Of a DNA stretch of 64,000 nt, positions 24,494 through 39,000 are shown piece by piece (the first letter of the stretch is position 1; every line of letters begins with the position of its first letter). Below the pieces are notes generated by a model, which saw only the letters and a program-made list of their open reading frames with translations, was not told the DNA's origin and did no database searches. The position numbers and the translations under genes were made by a program. This DNA is from Bugula neritina (lineage: Eukaryota > Animalia > Bryozoa): the NCBI GenBank assembly GCA_964035545.1, contig OZ037766.1:2480001-2544000 (forward strand). The letters run 5' to 3'.

Positions 24494-26141
24494 CACAATT
24501 TACACTCTAAAATACATAAATACAACATAAATAATGAGGAACGACCAGAATTCAAGTAAATAATATTCTAATTATATTCAGAATGATTTCAAAGGCCGCG
24601 CACACTTAAAGGTGAAAGGTTACAGGAAATGCATGGTAGCCGAAAACTACAATAACTTTGCCACTACAATACTGTGTGGTGTAACTTTAACCCTTTCCTA
24701 TGATAGGCATAGCCCTGGATTCAAAACTCTGAGTGATAGTATTCAATCTCAATCTGTTTTTCATTCAGCTTTTATTTTTATTTTATGTCACTGCCAGGAA
24801 TGCACTTTACTTTTTCTTTGGTTTCAAGTTTTATTTATGCTAATACATATTAATATTATTATACCTAATTGTTTAGGATAAGTTATTAGTACTTTACTAA
24901 TTAAGTTTAACTTATACTTATACAGTTATAGTTATAGTTATTTAAATTTTGCGTTGACTTTGAGTTTGACATTCAATTTGAATTCACAAATTTGCAATTG
25001 GCAATTATTTTTTGAAATTCAAATTATTAATTATAAATAATAAATTGAAATATGGTAATTATTGTGATTGATATTTAACTTTTTTATGTAGTAATAGTAA
25101 TATTATCGTAATGATACGCATAATGATAATGATAATTAAAATTATCATTATGATTATAAACTAAAATAAAAGTCCATCGATTTTATTCTTAACCATCACC
25201 ATAGTCCATGGCAATGATAATGATACTTATACTCATAGTGACTGTGATAGTCACCATCATAATGATAATGATATTCATAATGACTTAATTATTACTATTA
25301 GGTTCAATCTTCAAGTTTAACTTTAATTTGATCAGTATATGGCTCATCATCATAATGATAATCAGTCATCACCATACTTGCTACTTACTTGCAGTTATTT
25401 ATTTTTAGATCATCACTTTATGATAGTCATACTCATAGTCATAATTATAAGTTATTACTTTATAGTGATAAAGATAATCAAAATGATAATCATATTGATT
25501 ATTGAGCTTTACATTGGTTCAGGTTAGTTAGTTTGTTTGCAATAATCTAATAGTTGCTAATAACTATAAGTATACTGTAAGTAATATTAAATAACTATAA
25601 AATATGAGCATAAGTTAATAATTGTTGGATTACTTTTGCTGTTGATATTGCTGCGTTCATGGTATTAGTTATACTAATAGTAATACTTACTCCAACTCTT
25701 AATCCTAATCAAGTAATGTGGTTAATAATTATAATATACTACCTGATTTGCACAGCATCACTAAAATATTACCAACATTAACACTCACACTATGTTAAAT
25801 AAAAACACAAATTATGACTAGCACAGTTTGGAAATCTGATGTGCTATAATAACATTAAGTTGTAGACCTCCTGTACTTATAAGCTGAAAATTATACTTTT
25901 TTATCATGAAACTATACTATACTAAGCATAACAAGCATTGCATTGGTTACATAGTTTTAAGCCAGCCATGTCATTGTCATTGGTCCAGTTACAATAGTTC
26001 AACCAGTGTATGTGTTACTGAAGCCCAGATGATGTTATGTAACAAACAGGAATGTAGTGTTTTATAGATGTATTGAAACTTCACCTTTTGTCATATTGTG
26101 GTAATGATATTGTAAAACTAAAAGTTTATTCTACTCAGATT

Positions 26142-28702
26142 ATGTGGAATGTAGACAGTAGAACTTTGGCTATCTCACTGTCTGTGGGTGGATTAGTTGC
26201 TGGCATCGTATACTTGTGGTACCAGAAGCAAAGAACACTGGTTAAAGAAGTAGATGAAGGTTTCTTAGATGAGGTTAGGAGAGCGTGATGCTCTGTGATC
26301 ATGCTTGCTATGCTCTTAGCTGACTTGATGCAATGTAGACTTTAAAGCATTTTAGCTAAGTTATAGTCAAATAAAATCAAGATATAACTTTAATATTTAA
26401 TCAATTTGCCTAACTGCCTTCTTTAAAATAATTTTTCTAAGTGTTTAGTTACCTTAAATTATTATGAATTATTGTAATAGTTACTTCTAATATGATTAGC
26501 TTTCCATGAGCTGTTTCTTTTGGGCACCGACTAGTGTGTTTAACTGCGAGCCTATATCTTATAGCATATTATATAGAACTAGATCATGGCTATATCTCAT
26601 AGTATATTCTGTATGACTATGTGCTTATATGCTATGTGTTTTGTTTATATTATATGTCAAATTATAACATATATAAACTTGCAATACATGTACGTATTGT
26701 GCTATATGTAATAAAGCGTTTTACATGGCGATATTTTAGAAAGAGTGTGGAGAGCCTCTACCAAAGAAAGTCATAGTTGTAGGTTTGGATAATGCAGGCA
26801 AATCTTGTTTGTTATCTGCTCTTTCAAGTGAAGATAATTTCTTAGCTAATACGGAGCCAACCGAAGAGTTTAATGTGGTCACTATCTCTAATAAACACAA
26901 AGCTGACTTGCAACTTTGGGAAAGTATGTTTGGGAAGTTATTCATTGCTTTGTTTGTGACTTCTTTAAGTTTGCTGTTATCTAACATGTTGAATTATTAG
27001 CATGGTGAGGCGATTCCTACTAACACATTTTTCTATGCCATAAAGTATATTCTGCTATGTAGAGAGGTGGGTCATTTTACTTAATTTAGTACACACTGGA
27101 TATCTTCAGTTTTTGGCTATTTTTCACAATTTAGCTGGTAATGAACATGTTTTTTTGGCCAAAATTAGTAAAACACCAATAAATACACCTAAATAATCAA
27201 AGTTCTTTTTAATTTTGCTTCATTTCCCATGTTTTTCCATAATTATTCAGCTAGTTTTGGTTACGGACCGTTACGGTTTTTTCGTAACGGGCACATATAG
27301 AATATTAAGTGCATATGACAATGACCTGTGTTTTAATGTTGGGGAATCCCCTCCCAGCCTTTTCTGTTATGCGTAGTTAAAACCAGCACATAAAAAAATA
27401 CCATGTATAGTAAATTTCAATTGATTTTGAGCAAACTTTAATGTGAGGTCATAAGTTGCTGGTGTGTACTAAATGAAGTAAACTGACTCAGGTAGCAATA
27501 TCTAGAAACTAGCGACATAAGTAGACCAAGAATTTGAGGAATGCGTAACAGGAAATGCACAATCTTTCCCACCGTTGATTCAGTGTGGATTATTTCTTGC
27601 TACATACCAATCCCTCCTTTCCCCCGTGTGAGGTCATTTAGGAGCAGTAGGGGAGAAGTTGACATAGTCTAAGTTCTTTAATTCTATTAATAAATGCTGT
27701 GTTGGGGCATAACTTCATTTGCTACATTTTCAATCTAGAACACGAGGTTTTCTCAATCTCTTCATTACTGCACCTACCTCTGTGGGGTACACTCACATGC
27801 ATGTACTACAGTCACATCTTGCTATGTTATTGTTGTAGTCGGTGGAGCCAGAGAGATGAGAAAGAACTGGTGTAATTTCCTGCAGGATACAGATATACTA
27901 GTCTACGTCATTGATTCCTCTGACAGGAAGCGTTTTCCCGACTGCTACACGGAGATGCATCAACTTCTTGGTGATGAGAGGCTGAAAGATAAACCAGTTC
28001 TTGTTGTTTCAAATAAACAGGTAAAGTAACTTATTTTCAGCCTATGTATGTTGTATGTGATACTTTCACATTTTAAGTATTCCATGGTGGAATTTATTAT
28101 TTCTTTACGAAATTTCTTTCAAGATTTGGAGAACAATTTCTTGACTTCAGTATTATACAAATGTCACACTAGCAAATTGACTATTATATTAGTTAATCTG
28201 CTATGTCAAACCCTATTGGCTAGTGGTTACTATGCCTATATGGTGCCATATGATTGTGTATATTGTATGTGCTGCTTTGGCGGCTCATGTTTAATCCTGA
28301 TATGTAACTCATTGAAATATAACTCAGTTTTAATATTTGTAATTATTGGCATCTCTGCTGATATAGAAGGATTTTGTGGGAGTTGTCTTTCCACTTTGAC
28401 ATATTTTTTCCTGTTGTCTTTCAGCATATTTTAAGGGGTCAAATAATAGCCATTGCAATGCATCATTGCTTGAATTATGCTCTCGATATTTAACATTGTT
28501 CGTTTATTTTTAAATCATATATTGCTGCCGGTATTTGTAGGACAGTCCATCTGCTGCCAGTGTTCCGCAAATCAGAGAAGCTCTGGGGTTAGAAGACGTC
28601 AAGCACCATCGAGTTCAAATAGTCGAGACGTCTATCCGACCCCCGCCCCATTCTATTGCCGGGGTTAGTCAAGTTCTAGAGTTTATAGTCAACAACTTAT
28701 AG
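26142..28702 (+). CDS. ARF-like small GTPase with N-terminal transmembrane segment (ARL9/ARL10-like). Exons 26142-26273, 26740-26923, 27839-28020, 28541-28702
   Basis: TM segment LAISLSVGGLVAGIVYLWY; P-loop GLDNAGKS; PT switch I; WEIGG; YVIDSSDR; NKQD. Exon phases are consistent. Confidence 0.9.
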
Positions 28703-31229
28703 AATAGTTATGCTGTTCATGGTACTTTCTTCTGTAAATCTAATTTAGATGAATTTTTACCTCACAAAAGACATTAGCTGCTAGAATTTTAAAGTTTTTC
28801 TTTTTATTTTTATTTGATTGCATTATTAAAATGTAAATTGTACAATATATTATTTTCCTTGTACAATCTACACTTGCTACATTTCCTCATAGGAAATATA
28901 GTCTTGGAATCTCACTCTGCAATGTATATTTGGATCTAATTAATTTAACCAAACCCACTACCTGTAATTATTCACTTATAGCTGTGTAAATAAACATCTA
29001 AAACTGTTTTGCATCATCATTTTTGTCAATTTAAAGTTTAAACAGTAAACTAACCAAGTTTTAATATTGTTTTACTTGTTAATACCACATATGTATTTCC
29101 ATGCTCATTGTTACTTAGTCATGCATAGATTTTAGTTTAAACTACAATTTATAAGATTTTTCTTATAATTTTCTATTCATTTTGTTATTTTTTACCACCA
29201 ACTTTTTGTGTAGGAAATATTTTTTGCGTTATAAAAATATACACAAGTAACTGCCTTAGAAAGACTATCTTATGCTCCCAATAGTACTGTAGAACTTAAG
29301 TAACTGCTACATGATTATCTCAGCTAATAAAATGCAGTTGGTTATTACATTGATAACAAAAGTCAGCAAATAGAATTAAGCGTAATATTGTGGCTGGTGA
29401 GAAGTGATTTATAAGACTTGTGCTTTAGCTTGAGAGGTTATCTATTCTTGCATTTCGACTCTACATATCAAAATGTTTTATAAAGCTAAAATGACAAAAA
29501 AATTACACTAAAATGAATTTTTTGAGAATTCTACAACATGAAGCCATGTACTTCCTAGGAAAGTCATTGATCATGTAATTGTAGGTTTTCAGTGTAAGTT
29601 TTATTGAATAAGGGAAAATTTCATTATGAGAATGTATATACAGTGCAGATTAGGTGTTGTGAAAGCAGGCAAACATTATATAGCAAATTTAATCCGTTTA
29701 TTTGTTGGTTATTCATACTTAGATGTAATCACCGCACAGTCATTTGTGTGAGATATGCAGAGAGAGGTAAATGAGTAAAGCGTTGCTAAATTCAATTTTA
29801 CTATTTGCTACAGTATCTCATATACCACTGTGACTATACTGCGTTGGGTAAGTTTAAAAAGTTATTGTATGTAATACGTAGAGTGTCTTGAATAGTCACT
29901 CATTAAAGGAATGTTTGTAATTTTGCTGAAAAAGTGCAAGCTTCAGTTGATCACATTTATTTTTTAATGAAAATCATGAAGGTATTTCTTAAATAAACTA
30001 CCTTAAACATCAGTTTTAGCAGAAATTCAAGAATATTTTTAATATAACCAGACTGTATTTATTACTGCACAGAGCCATTACTTATTTATAAAAAAACTTT
30101 AATACTAAAAGTTAAATTAAGTGCTACTCTTCAGACTTACTTAGTCACGTGATCTATCTTTTAGAATAGCATAGATGATTGGTTCAACAGAAATGGCAAC
30201 TCACCAAATAATAGTGTGTTTTCCACTAGACTGAGTTTTGTTCCTTTGAAATTGATCTGTTACATATTACACAATGGCAGTTGCCTAATTTTAAGTTGAC
30301 AAAACAAACAGAAACTCCTAATTTGATGAATTTAGCTGCTGAACATACATAATACTACCATTTCATTTACAGCCTTTAGCATGTAGTTAGTTGTTGTGGT
30401 CTATTGTGTAGTATACAAAGGAATTATAACTATATAAAATCAACAGAGTATATATTATATATAATACACCATGTATGTAACTTTTCATATACTTGATCTT
30501 AGTCAGAAGTAACATACTTTACAAGAAACTTCCTTAATTTTATTACAGCATTTACCATTAAACTACATAATGGAGTTTTAGTTTGTTGGTATTTACTATC
30601 AGTGTGTGGCCTTCAACTTAGCAAAGTCTCTCCACGTAGCTTTAAGGATTACAGTCTATGTCAGATAACAGCTAGTCATACCAACTCTTTTCTGACTTGA
30701 ATATACTTGTCATGTAAGTTAATGTTTATTTCAGTTTACTTTTTTGATCAATGTAAGCTAAGAACTTTGAACTACCGTATAGTCAAATTTTTCAAAAACA
30801 TCAATTGCCAATATGAGTTCTTGTGTCCTATAGGGAAGGTAAATGTAATCAATTAGAAATTGTGCATGTGTCATTTAATGACCTTGCTTCAGTTTTGACT
30901 GACATTATATATTACAAAAAGATGTATAATAAAATAAATAAATTACTTTGAGACAAGCGACAGCAAGTGCTATAATGACAGCACACTTAGTATATTAGGT
31001 ACTACCTACCTAAGAATTTTTTATAATATAATTCTAATAATATAATATAATAACATAATATAATGTAATATTGATTTCCAAACTAGTTAACTTGGCAACC
31101 ACATATCACATGCTCTGTTTACTGAGCTCAACACCAAGCTTTAGAATTACCAAACCTAGCCTACAATTCTAGAAACCTGTGAATAAAATTACTGGGCTCT
31201 ACTGACAAGCCAACATCCTATTACGAAAT

Positions 31230-34200
31230 ATGATCACTACTGATGCTCGACCATTATCCTCTACTAGAAGTCAAAGAGCCAACTCAGGATATAGAAGGTA
31301 TGTATTGCACTAGTTATGAATTAAGTGACACACAAATACTATTTGGTTGAAAGCTCAAAGTCTGTTTCATATAGAGAAAATGTAACTCAAATGATAAACT
31401 TCTGCATAAATTTATAAAAGCTTAAATCTAAGAAAATCAGAGAAATGGTTACACTTCTTGATTGATGGGGTTTTGAAAAAATAGTGCATGACTTGAAATT
31501 TGAATAAACTAGTTGTCTACATTGTAGCTTTAAAATACCATCTTTAAAATTTTAGATTATCTCTTATATAAAAGCACTTAGATCTGCAAAAAAAGCTCAA
31601 TCTAATGTAGCTTTGACTGCTTGTGTTTTTTCATGCATTACTGAATAATTTTAGCAAAATTCATTTTTCTATTCTGTGATGGTAAGTGAAATGTATGCAA
31701 TATGGTCACTGTAAAAGCTAGCCTCACAACTTGCTAGAAGTAGTATCACACCACACTCAGAGTTGAAATAGGCTGTAAAAACTGCTGCTGATTAAGAATT
31801 AATTGCAGTCTTCCAACTTGCATGTCAGCATACTACCATCACACTAAAGAGGCTAGTGAATAATCTTAATACTATAGTTAAACAGTCTACTGTAGTGTGA
31901 AATGTAATTAGGTTGAATTTAATAATTAGGAATTTAAGAAAAAAGCTACCAAATATTACTATACTAAAAATCCCGACATGTTTACCAACACAGACATTAT
32001 ATTGTTGGTGTTATATTTTCTACCAGCTTACAATCAGGCAGGCCAGTCTCTTTAGACAAATCAGCTTTTGTTATTTTCAATCAGTAATAATTAGAATATT
32101 GCATTTCCAGAATAAGTTCTATTAACCTACATATTTTATTTGTTCAGAATCTATCTATGTATGCGTAAAATTTCATTACACTTCATACCCTTGCAGCGTT
32201 TCTTGTGTATATAGCTTTGAACATTGTCTAGGGGGTTTGAGCAATTTGCACCTGATTACATAACAGCATCAGTTTTGTAGCTTACAAGTAGTTGTGTGGT
32301 CACTGAGATTGACAATTAAAACTCTTTCATGCTCTAAAAACTATTTGGCTACCTATAGTATCTCTAAATCTAAAAGTTAATGAAATGATTAATGTTAAAC
32401 TGAAACAAAGGATTTACTAAACTGAAAATAATAAGATGTGAAAACAATTGATTAACAAACAACTGATTTTTCACAATATAATTTAATATAACTGACTTAA
32501 TATAGAGTAGGTACAATGCACTCTCAGTACAGTCTGTGAAGTAATTAATTACATACTTTGTTTCTGATCGTTACTACAGCCTGTATTGAGAATGTACAAA
32601 GTCATATCCAACAATGTTTATTTACTGTATTCTTTGGGACACTGCCAGATTCACTTTTGGTGTCTTTTTTCCCCCATTATTTTAACTTTTTTAGTTTTCT
32701 CACACTAAAGATATATTAAAAAAAATTTTATAGTCACCATCCCTGTGAGAAAACCCCTGATGGAAAGGTTTTTTGTTAAATCAGGCTAAGGACTTATTCA
32801 GATTGGGTACATGCAGGAGCAATTACATGACTGGATGCTTTTCCTAACATCACCAATGGCCTTTGTCAGGCTGAACCCACGACTTCTTGTTTATTAGGCA
32901 AACGTTTTAACCCCTAGACCCTAGTTGCCCCCTACTAAAGATATGTTAATAGTTTACAAGGAATTTGCTGTTGCCTAAATTTGAGTTTAATATTTTAATT
33001 GCAAACTTCAAGAGACAACTTTCAACTCTCTCATACAGGTCTAACAGCATCCAAAACAAAGAGGCCCAATACTCCCTGGTAGAAAGGTCAAACTTGCCCA
33101 GCAAGTATAATGAAGACAATGAAAAGATGGTAGAAAAGAACAGCGAGAGTTTGGCAGGGAGTGAACTGGCGTCCCCACCTCCTCCCAAGCCAGGTAACTC
33201 CCCTCTGTATGGTGGATTTGGGTGACTAATGGAGAAGTTGAAACAAGTGTTAGACAACTTGTTAGAAATGTTGATATTATAAAATAATTGCCCCCCACTG
33301 GGATTCGAACCACAGACCATCAACCACAGATCTCTGGCTTGCAAGCAGGCACATTAACCAATTACACCACAAGGGCCACTGGGTAAACTCAACACTACAG
33401 AGTACAGATATTGTAGCTTTTTCACTCCATTACAATGTATTGAGAACAGATTGCTTTTAATATATAGCAGTATTATGCATATTTTGCCATTCTTATTAAT
33501 ATTTATAGATAATTTAAGCTATAAAACACAACTACTTGGTACTTTTAGGCTCTAGATGGTCTTTATGTTGTTTAACTGTTTAATATAAGTAGCCTATTTA
33601 GTACTTTTCTGCATTATTTAAAATATCTTTGTGTGTTCTGCAATGAAATCAAAAACTCAGCGGAGTTGTCAACTTGTTGACACCTTTCGCAACCTGTCTC
33701 AACCTGTCACAACCTGTCTCAACCTGTCTCAACCTGTCTCAACCTGTCACAACCTGTCGCAACCTGTTTCAACCCGTTTCAATATACCTCTACTTGTCTC
33801 AAGCTGTCAGATTAAGTTGTCTCAGCATTAAAAATATTGCCGCACGATTCCTTACAGCCTGGAGCCAGTTTGCAGACCATGTCAAGGTTGTCTCCAGGTC
33901 AGACCTGTTTCTCGGAGAAACAAAAGAATCTTATAAATCGATGTGCAGTGAAGATCACCAAAAGACTCTGTCAGGTGAGTCAGTATAGACTGCAGCATTG
34001 ACAAGGATAGATAATAACATTGACCAGTATAAACAGCAAGATTCATCAGATAAGGAGATATAAATTTTGTTTTATTAAAAACTAAAACAGCCGCTGGTTT
34101 AAGGAAATCTGAAACTTTCTGCAGAACTGAACACCACTAATGTATATCTGTAGAACTGAACACCACTAATGTATATCTGTACTCTGTAGTAATAAAGCAG

Positions 34201-35642
34201 ATGAATCTAAAGAAGCAAATCAAAACGATGAAGCTGAGAATGAGAGCTGTGGATAGAATCAGAGATGGAGATTACATCTATGACAGCGCGACGTCAGCAG
34301 AAGACACTGAGTGTGAGGACAGCGAGGTGAGTTTCTCATAGGTCACAAGTTTCGATGCAATTTACATAAAACTGCATAAGTCTTCAGCCACCAAACTTAT
34401 TTTACATCATTAAAACACTCAGGGAGACTTTTTTTAGCACGATAATATTACGTATATTATTTATATATTTCATGGTAAAGCATGCATGCAGACAATTGTA
34501 TAATAAGTTTAAAAAACATCACCAAATATGTTTTAATTTGCATTTGAGCAGGTTTGCTTTATTTCATAAAAAATAACTGTTATGCTACAAATATTTAGAA
34601 ATGTTTAAATGGAAACAACTTCAAGCTCTATCTACCAACTTGACCTAGATTTACGTGACCTTGAGTTGCATGACCTTGAATAATGATGGGTTTACATATC
34701 AAATATATTTTGGTTTATGTGAGTATTATGTAGCTATTACTGTTTGGTAGGACGAAGAAGCTGTAATCGAACGGGAAAATCGGAGAGCAAGAGCTAGAAA
34801 ACATTGGGAGATAATCAGACGATATGTCTATGATAAAACTAAAAAGAGAAGAAAAAAAGTAGGAGGTTTTCACAAAGACAGAGCCTTCAACAAGATAAAA
34901 GCACAAGCAAAGGCAAAAGTAAATCCAGCACAAACCAGGAGGGAAATATTTGAAAGGTGGGAAATTTATTACATAATTCATGCTTACGAATTTGCAGCTG
35001 CAAGCTAAAATGTAACAAACTTTATTTGCAGATTGTATTCTATGGTAGCCTCAACACCAACTTTCTGAAAACTTTACCGCAGTTCATATTATAAGCTCAT
35101 AGTATGGTTTGTTCTTAGTTTGTAGCATGGTAATTGGTAAACACCTTTTAATTTGAGAATTGGTTGAACTCATGGACTATCATTATAATTATGAGTCGTA
35201 GTAGAGTTTTATAGACATAATATAGTATATTTCATATCGTATGTATTGCATAGACATAATATATTATATTTCATATAGTGTGTATTACATAAACATAGCA
35301 TAGTGTAGTTCTTGTAGCGTATCACGCAGACATGGTATAGCATAGTTCTTATTGCAGGCTTTACGCATATACATACATACAGTATAGTTTTCTTGTAGAT
35401 ACGGTATTGTTCCCAGGCCGGGCAGACTACAACCAGAAGACGTGATGAAACCAAATTTCTCCGACAGGACATTTGAAATAATAGCAAAATTTGAACAGAT
35501 TCAAGTGTTGAGTCTAAACTCTAAGACTAGACCACACACAAGTGGTGCTTATCTATCCAAGTACTCCAGGAGTCAACGTAAAAACAGTGTTAGACCGAGA
35601 ACTTCAGTGTTTGGGGGAAGTTTTAGAGAACAGTTTACTTGA
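31230..35642 (+). CDS. Uncharacterised 308 aa protein. Exons 31230-31297, 33039-33193, 33858-33974, 34190-34326, 34751-34956, 35399-35642
   Basis: Six GT-AG exons join into one open frame (927 nt), with an in-frame TGA upstream of the ATG. An acidic patch is followed by a basic helical region (ARARKHWEIIRRYV..TRREIFERYGIVP). No family recognised. Confidence 0.7.
32738..32932 (-). mobile_element. tRNA-derived SINE copy 2
   Basis: Shares tgagaaaacccctgatg, gctaaggacttattca, atgactggatgc..tcctaacatca.caatggccttt and tgaaccca.gac with 19994-20177. Confidence 0.75.
33289..33376 (-). pseudogene. Decayed tRNA-like sequence (tRNA pseudogene or SINE head)
   Basis: GCCCTTG-TGGTGTAATTGGTTAA (A box)...GGTTCGAATCCC (B box)-TGGGGGGCA followed by TTTT. 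Stems are imperfect and there is a long extra arm. Confidence 0.55.
33672..33780. repeat. 10-bp tandem repeat (aacctgtctc) x~10
   Basis: Direct reading; it generates the spurious NLSQPVST ORFs. Confidence 0.9.
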
Positions 35643-36007
35643 GCCCCTACAGTGGTAGAAGATACAGGTCTCAGGTTTATATAGAAGATTGTAATAGCAG
35701 AGGATTGCTAGATGAACGATGGCAGCTATTTGACACGGAGTGGCAGAAAAACGCTTCTACATATACATTCTATAAAATTGTATAATTTATTGTGATTTGA
35801 TACGTCATAGAAAACCGAACATATTATAGTAATATGCGATATCACATGCAGCTTTTTACTTACAACAATGCAATTTTATGAATCATATTGAATTATAAAT
35901 GACTGAGCAATAGAGAACACAACACCATGCAAAATAGTAGTGACTCCCGAATGTTCAACTTAGCAGTAATCTAAAGCAAAATAGTACACAAGTGATTTCA
36001 GAATGTT

Positions 36008-39000
36008 CTAGAAAAGGAAGGGGAATATAGCCTTGCGCTGTCTGGGATAGTCAGGGAACTCCTTTCTATAATTTCTATGTTTTCCGAGAGCCCAGACTGT
36101 CATCTGGTAAGTCCCAGCAATGGTAAAGAAAAGGGCTACAAAAATATAGAAACACGAGTAGTTTAAGTTGAAAAAAGAAAACATTTCAGCTACAAAAGAT
36201 AATATGTATTGGTATGTGTTGTAACAGCTACAGTCTCTGGTGCTGACATACTAGGAAATAGGTCATCAAATGACTATTCAATCAACTGGCAGGATGGCTG
36301 CATTCTCAGTATTAGGAAAATAAACAAATTTTAAAAAGAGCAATATTTACAACTTGGCCAGAATTATTACGCTTAGCTACGTTTATCAGAACATTATTTC
36401 CGGATAAATGTTTTAAAATCCAGCTTTATGCAAGTTCGAGAAGATAACCCTCAATTCTAATAAAATCAATGTATATGATTTAAGGACAGTTGATTCCAAC
36501 TGCTTACACTGAAAGATGAGCAGACCCGAGTATTTATAGACTGTAAACTTACAAGTGAGTGTGCCAGACATCACAGTGAAGCTGATCCAGGCCCCAGACT
36601 CGTAGGTGTAGTTCGGGCAAGAAACTAGGCTAAAGAGCCATGTGAAAGGATTGAGGGAGGGCTTTGGAATGGCCCTCACTTTAGTGCCCGCAGGTCTCAG
36701 GTTCCTCAGCGCCAAATGAATTGACAAATTTCCCATCTCACAGAACTGGAACAGGAAGTAAGGTTTTTCAAAAGTGAAAAAGAAATTTGCAGCTATAAGA
36801 GTTAGCAAGTCTATATACATAAGTCAGTAGCCTATCAATTTGAATCTAAGAGTAAGTAAATACAAACTATTTAAAAAATAAAGAACAAAAATAAGAAAAT
36901 TTCTGTATATTATAAGCCACTACTGCATGCCTCTTCCTAGACTTGCATAGACTTCAGATTTAAAAACTTTGAATAATCATGCAGCAAAGTACTGCAGAGT
37001 TGCCTTACATTTTTCTTATGAGAGAGTGTTAAGTAACACACAAATATACAAGTATATGTGCAGCGTGTGAATTAGATTACGCAAGGCATATAGGGTATGA
37101 GGCAATTAATTGAGTTTTTCTGCAAAACTCTCAGTGAGTGGAAGTTGTCTTACCCCAAAGGCAGCCAGGGCCGGATAGAAGAGCTGGTTAGAGACAGGAG
37201 TGTAGAGGGGGTGGTTGATGAAATACGACATCCACGCAGCAAATCCCCAGTAATAGATCGAGTTCTATAATCAAATATATATTTGATGAGTTGACATAGC
37301 GGTAAAAATCATTCATAATTTTAAAAAGTCACATATAGTGGTTACTGTGTGAAATATATTGCATTGAAAAATACTAAAAAGTGAAAACATATTCAAAATA
37401 TTAAAAGACAAATAAAAGTCAAAGAACACTTACTAAATCAATCTAATTGACAAAACAATTAAAAAACAGCATAAATACATCTGTCATGAGAAAATTATGT
37501 GTAATAAAAAACTGATTTCATTGCGAACACGACCAACTATTGAGATGATGGAAATGAAGACAACCAACCCTGAAGATATTAGCTATCGGCATGGTTCCCT
37601 TAGAGAATCGGTGTACAAACAGCGTCTCCAGCAGCCTCTTAGCATAGTGGAAGGTATGGCAGACTGCAGCAATCCTAGATAAACAAGTTACAGCATATTC
37701 GGGGGATAATTTTAAACACACTTTCTGTATTATAAGTGAGAACTATGGAGTTGTCTTTTCAGATAAAGTGCACCATTAGCAATAATGTATGAAACTGTAA
37801 CAACGGCCAGAACTAAAAAATTAGCAATCACTTTAATACGTGACATCACACCAAATAATTATCTTAAATTGGTATTTTGATTCAAGAGCAAACGATTACA
37901 AACAATAATAATGAATATTAATATAAGTATTGTGATAATGATAGGGCAAAACAATCTTATTGAATGCTTATTTTAAATCAACTAATTTCAAAAAATCAAA
38001 ATTCTTAAAACACAATTAAGAATGATATAAATTTAGTTTCTTTTAAAAGAGAAAAGTTGCTGAAAACAATATCAACAAGCGTTAACTTTCCGAAGAGCAA
38101 GCATAACACGCAATAATTAAAGGCTGCTGAATTAAAAAAATTGGTAATTACTATCAAACGTGACAATGAATCAGCAGTATTGAAACCCATATATAAAGTT
38201 TGTAGATGAAAAAAACAATGCAACGCTCTGCAGACGTAATAGCAGACGTGCTAGCAGACGTAGAATACATACTTGGCGTGTTGGTGCATAGGCTGGGAAG
38301 CTTGATCTCCATAGATCAAAGAAGGCCTGACGTAGAAGAGCAGATAAACAAGGAGCGGCCCGCTATACTCTGTAAGAAAGACTGTGGTCCAGCCCACTTG
38401 AGGTCCTAAGTCTTTTAGATACAGAGTTGGCTCGGTAAGCTCCAAATGCTGAACTTGTACATCGTCTTTTATGTTTTTGGATTCTGGGAGAAATGACAGC
38501 ATCAAATAAGATAAGGCAGCCACATATTTTGGCAAGATCCAGCAGTTAAAAGACGTAGGCAACACCAGTATACTCAATTCAAACATACATTAAGCTATTC
38601 TAATAACAGCTATTATGGGCAAATATTATCTTTAATTCCTGATGCAATAAAATTCAACTCTAATACAGCAGAACAACACAAAACATTGTTAAAAGATAAC
38701 AAATATATAGGTTAATTGTTATGCAGTCAGTAACATACTTAGAAAGCAAATGAAAATAAGTACCTCATTGCTATAATCTCTACAGAATTTATCTATCAAA
38801 TTTATCTAGAAATTTTACAAACTCTATCTATTGATTCTATTAAAAGTTCTACAAACTCTATCTATGAATTCTATCTACAGATTCTATCTATAGACTGCAC
38901 ATTGAAACAGGATTTGTTGACTTAGATGTCCCCACAGACCGAAGTTTTTCAACAAAATCTAAGTTTATCTTACTTGGAGCAGTTCTCAGAGCAACCCTTG

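Noticed and set aside
24238-24555. Poly-Tyr ORF on the minus strand
   Set aside because: Translation of the (AAT)n tract and antisense retrotransposon sequence.
28048-28434. 128 aa hydrophobic ORF
   Set aside because: Lies wholly within an ARL intron; T-rich composition explains the hydrophobicity, and there is no recognisable motif.
33631-33988. NLSQPVST-repeat ORFs
   Set aside because: 10-bp tandem repeat; only 33858-33974 is a plausible exon.
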